64,000 nt of DNA from Polyangiales bacterium (GTDB taxonomy: Bacteria > Myxococcota_A > Polyangia > Polyangiales > Polyangiaceae): assembly GCA_038231275.1 (NCBI GenBank), contig JBBRLQ010000012.1, positions 32,001 through 96,000 of the forward strand, read 5' to 3'. Of this stretch, positions 21,322 through 29,101 are shown piece after piece. Every line of letters starts with the position of its first letter. The stretch's first letter is position 1. A program made the translations under genes and the position numbers. Below the pieces are notes generated by a model. It did no database searches. It was not told where the DNA came from and saw only the letters and a list, made by a program, of their open reading frames with translations.

Positions 21322-23094
21322 ATGAACACGAACCAGACGCGCGCGCCCCTTCCGGAGTCGCAGCTCGGGCCTGCCGAGCGGCTGCTCGATCTCGTGCTCA
21401 ACTCGTCGGCGCACCTCTGGCACAACCGGCCGGGGCTCGACGTCCGCGGTGTGTGGCACGCGGCCCGCGGCGCGAAGGTGCGCGGCACCGCCGCGAAGCC
21501 GGGCCTCTTCGTTCCGGCGGCGCGCGGCCTCTACGCGCGCCTCCTCGAGATCTACACGCTCAACGCCGATCTCATGGCGCACTTCGCGTCGTACGCGCTC
21601 CTCGAGACCGAGTGGCGCGATCTGAAGGTCGCGTGCGCCGCGCTCATGCTCGTTCAGGGCAAGAGCGGCCAGCCGATCAAGGAGGACCTTGCCAAGGGCG
21701 CCGCCGTCGCGTTCTACGACGACGACTACCGTGCGATCGGCGAGGCGATGGTCCTCTTCTACGCCAAGAAGAGCACCAAGATGCTCACGCCCAAGGGCGT
21801 GCTCCGCGTCGGGGAGCTCCTCGAGGTTCCGGAGATCGCTGCGCTGAACCGCGCCGCGGGATTCGGCGACGCGACGGGCGGCAAGGCGCCGCTCGGACGC
21901 TGGAAGCGCGCGGCCACCAAGTGGCTCGCCGCGCGCGAGAAGAACCGCGTGATGCTCGAGGGCCTGGTCCGCGCCGGCTACAAGGAGACCATCAAGAAGA
22001 TCGCCCGAAAGGCCGGCTACAAGCCGGAGACGCAGGCCTTCTTCGAGATCCTCGGTTGGAAGCAGAAGCAGGCGGACGGCGGTCACCGCACCGTCGGCCT
22101 CGGCGCCGACCTCAAGCTGGAAAAGCGCGAGCGCTTCGACGGCGTGAGCGAGGCCGAGATCTGCGAGCGCATCGAGCAAGATCGCCTGTCGTACAAGGAC
22201 GTCGTCGGGCGCCTGCCCAAGGACGTCGGGCTCACCCCGGCGATCATGGTCGCGCTCCTGCCGTCGCTCAGCGATCGCGATCTGCGCATGCTCACCCCCA
22301 CCCTCGAGGAGCTCGGGCTCATGACCGAGCCGGAGATCCGCGCGAAGTGGGAGAAGGCCATCCTCTCGTCGACCGACCAGCGCTCGCTCACCACGGCCAA
22401 GAACGTGAAGAGCAAGGCGCTCAAGGAGAAGCTCGAGGAGGCCGCCGACAACGCCGCGAAGAACGCGGTCAAGGCGGCGACCAAGGACAGCGACGTCCGC
22501 GTCATCTTCCTCGTCGACAAGTCGGGGAGCATGACGAACGCCATCGAGCAGTCGAAGGAGGCGCTCTCGCGAATCCTCGCCGGTTTCCCTGGAGAAAAGC
22601 TGCATGTTGCAACCTTCGACACGACCGGGACGGTCCTCCGCCCCAAGGCGGCGTCGCGGGCGGCGGTGCAGCACATGCTCCAGGGCATCACGGCCGGCGG
22701 CGGCACGATGCACGGCGCGGCGGTGCGCGCGCTCCACGAGGCGGGCGTGTCTTTCCCCAAAGAGAGCAAGCTCGTCGTCATCGTGGTCGGAGACGAGGCG
22801 GGCGAGACCGGCGAGCAACTGGCCCACGCCTTCCGCGCCTTCGGCTTCGACGTCGCGGCGCTCGCGCTCATGCTCCCCTCGCAGGCGGGTCGCGGCTACA
22901 CGGTCCGAAACTGCGCGACTGCGCTGGGCATCCCGTTCAGCGAGGTCACGCTCGATCAGTTCGCCGATCCGTATCAGGTGACCCGCGTCCTCACAGCCCT
23001 CCTCGAGGCGCCCAAGATGATCGCGGGCCCCGTGAAGCAGGCGGGCTGGGTGGAGAAGGTCATGAAGACCAAGCTCCTCGAATTGCCCAACTAG
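21322..23094 (+). CDS. vWA-domain protein with basic helical N-terminus; divergent Ro60/TROVE (Rsr)-like
   Basis: GGAGG RBS; MIDAS DKSGS, GGGT, VVGDE; Ro60-like GRWKRAATKWL...IARKAGYKP and ALLPSLS...LEELGL; 590 aa. Confidence 0.7.
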   Translation: MNTNQTRAPLPESQLGPAERLLDLVLNSSAHLWHNRPGLDVRGVWHAARGAKVRGTAAKPGLFVPAARGLYARLLEIYTLNADLMAHFASYALLETEWRDLKVACAALMLVQGKSGQPIKEDLAKGAAVAFYDDDYRAIGEAMVLFYAKKSTKMLTPKGVLRVGELLEVPEIAALNRAAGFGDATGGKAPLGRWKRAATKWLAAREKNRVMLEGLVRAGYKETIKKIARKAGYKPETQAFFEILGWKQKQADGGHRTVGLGADLKLEKRERFDGVSEAEICERIEQDRLSYKDVVGRLPKDVGLTPAIMVALLPSLSDRDLRMLTPTLEELGLMTEPEIRAKWEKAILSSTDQRSLTTAKNVKSKALKEKLEEAADNAAKNAVKAATKDSDVRVIFLVDKSGSMTNAIEQSKEALSRILAGFPGEKLHVATFDTTGTVLRPKAASRAAVQHMLQGITAGGGTMHGAAVRALHEAGVSFPKESKLVVIVVGDEAGETGEQLAHAFRAFGFDVAALALMLPSQAGRGYTVRNCATALGIPFSEVTLDQFADPYQVTRVLTALLEAPKMIAGPVKQAGWVEKVMKTKLLELPN

Positions 23095-23117
23095 AATAGC
23101 GAGGAGAGAGGAACGCT

Positions 23118-24086
23118 TTGGCCGACTACCGAAAGTTCCTCTCCAAGGTCGAGACGAGCGTGCTCCCGTATTTCGGCGGCACGCGCGTCGACACCTCCTC
23201 ACGTCGCTTGCGTCTCCCGAGCGCGCTGGACGCGCCCGGCTGGTACACGTTCGAGATCAAGGGGCGTGAGGCCTTTCCGAAGGATCCGGCGGACGCGCCG
23301 GATCTCTCGGACCTACCGCTCGCGCGCGGTCACGTCGTCGGGCGCTGGCTCGTCGGCGACAACGCGGGCGCGGTGGAGATGGAGCTCTTTTCAGAAGAAG
23401 AGCCTCCGGTGCTCGCGCCATGCCGCGCGCGCGTTTGGTACGGGGGAGAGGTCCTCTTCGAGGGCCTCGACTTCGAGGGCGAAGCCGAGCTATCCGCGCG
23501 CGAAGCGCTGGAGGATGGCCGCTCCCTCGAGGGCATCAAGGGCGTCGGCGCGCCGTTACGGGCCGCGTTCGCCTACGCGGTGCTCGCACGCACGTCGCGC
23601 GAGCTCACCATCCCATTCTCTCCAAAAGAAGTACGAAAGGATCTCCTCACCATCGCTGGAACTGGGCCCGACGGCGCCGCGAGTTCGCTGCGCCGCCTCG
23701 AGCACGAGCGACGCATGTGGCGCGCGCTTCACCCCGAAGAGGCCCTCCTGCGCGGAGAGGCTCCTCCTCCCGTTCGCCACCACGGCCCCCAGCCGACGCT
23801 CGCGAACGCCGAAGAACGCGCCGACGCCGCCCTCGAAGCGGCAGGCGCGCGCCTGCTCGCCGTCCGTCGCCTCGGCGATCGCCAGCTCGAGGTTCGGTAT
23901 CGCTTCATGGACGAGCGCTTCGTCACCGTGTGCGACGCGCTCACGCTGCAGATCCACGACGCCGGCGTCTGCCTCGGTCACGGCGAAGAGCGCGGCGATC
24001 GCCTGCTCACACTCGAGAGCCTTCCGTCCGTCATCAAGGAGGCGATCGACACCGACGTCCTCGTCATCACTCGCGGCTTCGCTTGA
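23118..24086 (+). CDS. Hypothetical protein with HhH-like motif and C-terminal E2 (UBC)-like Cys motif
   Basis: Strong RBS and TTG start; LEGIKGVG; QIHDAGVCL...LTLESLPSVI resembles the E2 G.ICL...LTI..VL pattern. The CDS is confident, the function is inferred. Confidence 0.55.
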   Translation: MADYRKFLSKVETSVLPYFGGTRVDTSSRRLRLPSALDAPGWYTFEIKGREAFPKDPADAPDLSDLPLARGHVVGRWLVGDNAGAVEMELFSEEEPPVLAPCRARVWYGGEVLFEGLDFEGEAELSAREALEDGRSLEGIKGVGAPLRAAFAYAVLARTSRELTIPFSPKEVRKDLLTIAGTGPDGAASSLRRLEHERRMWRALHPEEALLRGEAPPPVRHHGPQPTLANAEERADAALEAAGARLLAVRRLGDRQLEVRYRFMDERFVTVCDALTLQIHDAGVCLGHGEERGDRLLTLESLPSVIKEAIDTDVLVITRGFA

Positions 24087-24166
24087 AAGGAAGGACTCGC
24101 GCGTGAACAAATCGGCGGCCAGCTCGTCGAAGCAGAAACGTTCTCACCGAAGAAAGGCGGCATCCC

Positions 24167-24409
24167 ATGGCGATTCTGAACATCACGTACAACGGTCTGT
24201 CGGCGGACTACCCGCTCGACATGAACTACGACCTGTCGGACGCCGACGTCCGGCGTATCGCGCTCGAGGTCGTGCGTTCGGGCGGCGTCGGCGGCCTCCA
24301 GATCGCGAACCTCGACGAGCGCGCCTTCGCGGCGCACGTGATCGACCGGTTCCAGGGCCAGGACGGTGCCCCGCGCATCTACCTGCGTCCCAAGGTCCCG
24401 TTCGGTTGA
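24167..24409 (+). CDS. Ubiquitin-like (beta-grasp) protein
   Basis: 80 aa with a strand-strand-helix-strand-strand pattern, ends RIYLRPKVPFG; directly upstream of a ThiF/E1 gene. Confidence 0.7.
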   Translation: MAILNITYNGLSADYPLDMNYDLSDADVRRIALEVVRSGGVGGLQIANLDERAFAAHVIDRFQGQDGAPRIYLRPKVPFG

Positions 24410-24412
24410 ATT

Positions 24413-24480
24413 TCGTTTGGAACGAGTCTTTTCAGTGGAATCTACTGAAAGGATTCGTTCGAACGATTCCATTGAAAGGA
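24413..24480 (+). promoter_or_regulatory. Long AT-rich intergenic hairpin with an alternative RBS-sequestering fold
   Basis: 24420-38 pairs with 24442-60 (19 bp including G-U). Alternatively 24429-42 pairs with 24465-78, covering the GAAAGGA RBS of the E1 gene. Confidence 0.6.
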
Positions 24481-24482
24481 GC

Positions 24483-25070
24483 ATGCGGGTGCGGATCGTG
24501 TTCTGCGGCGTGGGCGCGCTCGGCTCGACGGCGGCGGTCCTGTGCCGAAACCTGCCTTCGACGCTGGCGTTCGTCGACTTCGATCGTGTCGAGGCGAAGA
24601 ACCTCGCGGCGCAGGCGTACGTCAAGCCGTCCATCGGGAAGAACAAGGCCGATGCGCTGAAGCTCCAGCTGCTGAATTTCTACGGCATCAAGGCGGAGGC
24701 GTTCGGCGTCCGGCTGGGCGCCGAGAACGTCGCGACGCTGCTCGGCGCCGCGGATCTGATCGTCGACGCGTTCGACAACCAGGCGAGCCGGCTCGTCCTG
24801 TCCACCTATGCGCGTGCGGCGAGAAGGGCGCTCGTGCACGGCGCGCTCTCGGGCGACGGGACGTTCGGCTTGGTCCGTTGGGACGAGCGCTTCGTGCCCG
24901 ACGCCGAGGACGAGGCGGGCCAGGCCACGTGCGAGGGCGGCGAGCACCTGCCGCTCATCGGTCTGCTTGGCGCGGCGCTCGCGCGCGCGATCCAGGATTT
25001 CGTGAAGAGCGGCGCGCGGCGCGACTCGATGGTGAGCCTCGCGGCGGTGACGCCGACCGCGTCCACGTGA
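24483..25070 (+). CDS. ThiF/E1-family adenylyltransferase
   Basis: CGVGALGS, DFDRVEAKNL..Q, GKNKA, VDAFDN..SR, ATCE (putative catalytic Cys); no CxxC zinc motifs. Confidence 0.9.
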   Translation: MRVRIVFCGVGALGSTAAVLCRNLPSTLAFVDFDRVEAKNLAAQAYVKPSIGKNKADALKLQLLNFYGIKAEAFGVRLGAENVATLLGAADLIVDAFDNQASRLVLSTYARAARRALVHGALSGDGTFGLVRWDERFVPDAEDEAGQATCEGGEHLPLIGLLGAALARAIQDFVKSGARRDSMVSLAAVTPTAST

Positions 25071-25110
25071 GGCACGCCTCCACGTGAGGCACCCTCTACG
25101 TGAGGCGCGC
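25062..25110. repeat. Three imperfect 16-17-bp tandem repeats at a convergent junction
   Basis: tccacgtgaggcacgcc / tccacgtgaggcaccc / tctacgtgaggcgcgc. Confidence 0.8.
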
Positions 25111-25791
25111 GATCAAGCGCTCGGCGAGCTTGGGTCCGCGCCCCTCGTCTTCGTGCTTGAAGAACACCCACGCCTCGCCCCACGGCTGCGCGCGGATCGA
25201 ATCGGCCCACGCGGCGAGCTCGGCGTCGGTGTACTCGACCTCGCGCAGGCGCAAGTAGCCGAACGGCGCGGTGGGGACGAGCGGCGTCTTGCCCTCTTCG
25301 GTCTCGACCGCGCAGAGCGCGACGTTCTTCGCGCGAAGCGCGGCGTACACCTCGTCGTCGAACCACGACGCGTGACGGAACTCGATCGCCGCGCGCACCG
25401 ACGGCGGGAGGAGCTCGAGCAAATGCGCGAGGCGCCCGAGGTCCTTCTTGAAGTTCGGCGGGAGCTGGAAGAGGAGCGGCCCCTGCTTCGGCCCCAGCTC
25501 GCTCGCGACGCGGAGGAAATGCCCGACCGGGTCCGCGACCTCTTTCAGCCTGGAAAAATGGGTGATTCGTTGCGGTGCCTTCAAGACGAACGCGAAGTCG
25601 TCGGGCGTCTGCGCGGCCCAGCCGGAGACGACCTTGGCGAGCGGCATCCGGTAGAACGTATTATTGATCTCGACGGTGCCGAAGCGCGACGCGTAAAAGC
25701 CGAGCATCGCGTCGGCCTTGAGCTTCTCTGGGTAGAAGCTCCCCTTCCACTCTTTGTAGGCGTAGCCGCTCGTCCCGACGCGGACCTTCAT
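25096..25791 (-). CDS. DUF72 domain protein
   Basis: GTSGYAYKEWKGSFYP, TVEINNTFY, LFQLPP, EFRHASW, YLRLR. Confidence 0.93.
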   Translation of the reverse strand: MKVRVGTSGYAYKEWKGSFYPEKLKADAMLGFYASRFGTVEINNTFYRMPLAKVVSGWAAQTPDDFAFVLKAPQRITHFSRLKEVADPVGHFLRVASELGPKQGPLLFQLPPNFKKDLGRLAHLLELLPPSVRAAIEFRHASWFDDEVYAALRAKNVALCAVETEEGKTPLVPTAPFGYLRLREVEYTDAELAAWADSIRAQPWGEAWVFFKHEDEGRGPKLAERLIARLT

Positions 25792-26696
25792 GACGATTTG
25801 GCGGTGGCGCGCGGCGCGCGGCCCAGGTGCGCGAGGAGGAGCGCGTTCACCTCGTTCGGCGCGTCGATCTGCACCCAGTGCGACGCGTTGGGCAAGAACT
25901 CCACGCGCGCGTCGGGGACCCAGCGCGCGTCGGGGCGAGCCATCTCCTTGCCGAGGAACGCGTCCTGCTCTCCCCAGATCACGAGAGTGCTCGCCGGGAT
26001 CGGACGGTACGCGGGGACACGCCCGCGAGCGGCGCCCTGGAGCGCGGCGCGGTAGTAGTTGAGGGGGCCGTTCAGGTTGCGCGCGCGACGCGCGGCTTCG
26101 ACGTACTTGTCCACGTCGGCGCGGGGGTAGCCCTTGAACGTGCGCCGCAGGAAGTCGAAGTCCTTCCGCGACAACACACGCTCCGGGATTCCCGGGAGCT
26201 GGAAGAGGAACATGTACCAGCTCTTCTTCAGCTGCGCGGGGCGCCGGAGGCCCTTCAGCATCTCACGGGGATGCGGCACGTTGAGGATCACGAGGCGCTC
26301 GGTCATCTCGGGGCGACGCATCGCGAACTCCCACGCGACGAAGCCACCCCAATCGTGGCCGACGACGTGCGCCCTTTCGCGGCCGAAGGCGCGGAGGAGG
26401 CCAGCCACGTCGCCGACGAGCTTCTCGATCCGGTACGCCTCGATGCCGAACGGCTGATCGCTCAGGTTGTAGCCGCGCATGTCGGGGGCGACGACGCGGT
26501 AGCCCGCCGCCGCGAGCGCGGGGATCTGATGACGCCACGACCACCAGAACTCGGGGAAGCCGTGGAGGAGGACCACCAGCGGCCCAGACTCCGGCCCCGC
26601 GACCGCGCAGTGGAGCCGGAGCTCACCGACGTCGACGTGCACGTGTGAAACGACCGGCACGGAGGGCGTGGTGGGATCAGGGGCGGCCGTTTGCAT
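25788..26696 (-). CDS. Alpha/beta hydrolase (epoxide hydrolase-like)
   Basis: HGFPE, PDMRGY, GHDWG, NYYRA, SHWVQ. Confidence 0.93.
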   Translation of the reverse strand: MQTAAPDPTTPSVPVVSHVHVDVGELRLHCAVAGPESGPLVVLLHGFPEFWWSWRHQIPALAAAGYRVVAPDMRGYNLSDQPFGIEAYRIEKLVGDVAGLLRAFGRERAHVVGHDWGGFVAWEFAMRRPEMTERLVILNVPHPREMLKGLRRPAQLKKSWYMFLFQLPGIPERVLSRKDFDFLRRTFKGYPRADVDKYVEAARRARNLNGPLNYYRAALQGAARGRVPAYRPIPASTLVIWGEQDAFLGKEMARPDARWVPDARVEFLPNASHWVQIDAPNEVNALLLAHLGRAPRATAKSS

Positions 26697-26734
26697 AGGC
26701 GGTGTTCTACAGCGGGGCGCGCTATCATGGAAGC

Positions 26735-27727
26735 ATGGGGCGTGGGCGGGCGATCCTGGCGGCGACGTGGGTCGCGTGCGCCTCGGCGGCGTGCGGCCTC
26801 GAGCTATCGGGCGGGCTCATCCCCGACGACGGGAGCGACGCGGGCTACGACGGAAGCACTAGCGGCGACGGCACGATCCCGGGCGACGGCAGCGTCAGCG
26901 ACGCGACCGGCGGAGGCGACGGCGCCAACGGAGGCGATGGCGCGAGCAGAGGCGACGGCGCCGGCGGACGCGACGCACGAGCCGACGCAGGCGCGGACAC
27001 CGCGCCCCCGTACGATGCCGCCGCCGCGTGCGGCCAATGCGCCACTGCCGGCGGAACGTGCCAGGGCGGCACCTGCGTCTTTTCGTGCACGACCAACGGA
27101 GCGTGCCCGAGCAAGATCGTCTGCCCCGCCGGCATCCCGTGCGACGTCCGGTGCACAGGCACCAGCGCGTGCGGCAATGGTATCGACTGCAACGCCGCCG
27201 CGTCGTGCACGATCGACTGCAGCGGCCACACCTCCTGCCCCGGCACCATTGGATGCGGCGGGAGCGCGTGCAGCGTCGCGTGCGGCGTCGGGGTCCCGAA
27301 CGGAACGAACACGCAGTGCGGCAGCGCGATCACCTGCACGGCGACCGACTGCACCATCCAGTGCCGTGCGCACGGCTCGTGCCCCTCGACCGTGGCGTGC
27401 ACCGCCAAGAGATGTGCGATCGAATGCGGTGTCGACGCAGGCAGCGGCGCGAACAACCAGTGCGGCACCGGCGTCACGTGCACGGCCTCCGAGACGTGCC
27501 GCATCGCGTGCGCCTCTCACGGAGCATGTCCGGCGCCCACCGTCGCGCGCGCCGACGCGGCGACCATCGCGTGCTCGGGTGACATGTCGTGCGGGAGCAA
27601 GGTGACGTGCATCGGGCAGGCGTGCGAGATCGACTGCTTCACGGGAAGCCCCAAGGCGTGCACGGCGGGCGCGTGCTGCGACGCGGGGACGTGCACGCTG
27701 AACGGCGTCACGAGCTCGTGCCCATGA
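26735..27727 (+). CDS. Cys-rich repeat lipoprotein
   Basis: SAAC-GL lipobox, D/G linker, many C-x4-C-x3-C-x5-C repeats. Confidence 0.8.
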   Translation: MGRGRAILAATWVACASAACGLELSGGLIPDDGSDAGYDGSTSGDGTIPGDGSVSDATGGGDGANGGDGASRGDGAGGRDARADAGADTAPPYDAAAACGQCATAGGTCQGGTCVFSCTTNGACPSKIVCPAGIPCDVRCTGTSACGNGIDCNAAASCTIDCSGHTSCPGTIGCGGSACSVACGVGVPNGTNTQCGSAITCTATDCTIQCRAHGSCPSTVACTAKRCAIECGVDAGSGANNQCGTGVTCTASETCRIACASHGACPAPTVARADAATIACSGDMSCGSKVTCIGQACEIDCFTGSPKACTAGACCDAGTCTLNGVTSSCP

Positions 27728-27853
27728 CGGCGTGAGGGGCAGCGGCGCACGGGGCGCTCGTTGTGTTTCGCCCACGTGTCGAAGGCGTTTCGTGAGGACG
27801 CGCGGCGACGGATTCACTCGCCGGGACGCGCGCCGAACCCCTATACGAACGCC

Positions 27854-29059
27854 ATGAGCTCCCCGCCGATCGGCATCGACGCCCTCGCCCTCGCGGTCCC
27901 CGAAGGGTACCTAGAGCTCGCCGAGCTGGCGGGCGCGCGCGGCGTTCCGAAGGAGAAGTATGTCGATGGCCTCGGCGTGCGCCGCATGGCGATCGCGCAG
28001 GCGCACGAGGATCCCGTCGCGCTCGCCGCCGACGCGGGGCGGCGACTCTTCGAGACGGCGCGCGTCGATCCGGCCACCATCGGGCTCGTGGTCGTCGGGA
28101 CCGAGACCGCGGTCGATCATAGCAAGCCCATCGCCGCGTACCTCCACGGCATGCTGGGGTTGCCGCGCGAGTGCCGCGTCTACGAGACGAAGCACGCGTG
28201 CTTCGGCGGCACGGCGGGACTGCTCACCGCGCACGATTGGATCGCCTCTGGGAGCGCGCGGGGCCGGAGCGCGCTCGTCGTGTGCACCGACATCGCGCGG
28301 TACGAGCTGGGCGGCGCCGGAGAGCCGACGCAGGGAGCCGGCGCGGTCGCGATCCTCGTCACGGAGTCGCCGCGCCTCTTCGCGCTCGATCGCGGGGTCA
28401 CCGGGTCCTTCGCGCGCGACGTCTTCGACTTCTGGCGTCCGCTCGATCGCAAAGACGCGATCGTCGACGGGCGGCTCTCGGTGCAGTGTTACCTGGACGC
28501 GCTCGCCGGCGCGTACGACGCGTGGACGCTGGCCTGCGCGCGGGCTGGGATCGACACCGCCGACGTCGCGCGCCGCTGCTACCACGTGCCGTACGGCAAG
28601 ATGGCGCGCAAGGCGCACCGGCACCTCGCGGCGCTTCGCGGTCTCGACGAGGCGCAGGCCGACGCGAGCTTCGCGACCGAGGTTGCCTCTTCGCTCCGCT
28701 TCTCCGCCGAGGTCGGGAACGTCTACACCGCCTCGCTGTATTTCGCGCTCGCGTCGCTGCTCGACGCGGAGGCCGCGGCGCTCGACGGTGAGCGCGTCGG
28801 ACTCTTCAGCTACGGGTCGGGGTGCTGCGCGGAGTATTTCTCCGGCACGGTCGTGCCGGGCGCGGGTCTCTTCGCGCGCGCCCTCGCGCTCGCGGCTCCG
28901 CTCGAGGCGCGCCGATCGATGAGCGTCGCCGGGTACGAGGCGGTCCGGCGCGCCGACGCGCACGCCGATCGACGCGGCGTCGATCCCGCGCGGGTCCTCC
29001 CTGCCGGGCGCGCGGCGTTCATGGGTGTCGAGGGCCATCGGCGCGTCTATCGCGCGTGA
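27854..29059 (+). CDS. mvaS: Hydroxymethylglutaryl-CoA synthase
   Basis: GTET.VD.SK, KHACFGG, GEPTQGAGA, DFWRP, HVPY.KM, GNVYTASL, SYGSG. Confidence 0.9.
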   Translation: MSSPPIGIDALALAVPEGYLELAELAGARGVPKEKYVDGLGVRRMAIAQAHEDPVALAADAGRRLFETARVDPATIGLVVVGTETAVDHSKPIAAYLHGMLGLPRECRVYETKHACFGGTAGLLTAHDWIASGSARGRSALVVCTDIARYELGGAGEPTQGAGAVAILVTESPRLFALDRGVTGSFARDVFDFWRPLDRKDAIVDGRLSVQCYLDALAGAYDAWTLACARAGIDTADVARRCYHVPYGKMARKAHRHLAALRGLDEAQADASFATEVASSLRFSAEVGNVYTASLYFALASLLDAEAAALDGERVGLFSYGSGCCAEYFSGTVVPGAGLFARALALAAPLEARRSMSVAGYEAVRRADAHADRRGVDPARVLPAGRAAFMGVEGHRRVYRA

Positions 29060-29101
29060 GCCTCGCGACGGCGCCGCGGGGCGCGCTATACGTCGACGAC
29101 A

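Noticed and set aside
24103..24660. ORF from GTG 24103 behind an AAGGAAGGA RBS-like sequence
   Set aside because: It overlaps the Ubl and E1 genes out of frame and has Arg-rich shadow-like composition.
24483..25070. Housekeeping thiF/moeB
   Set aside because: Lacks the Zn-binding CxxC motifs, the partner does not end in GG, and no thi or moa genes are nearby.
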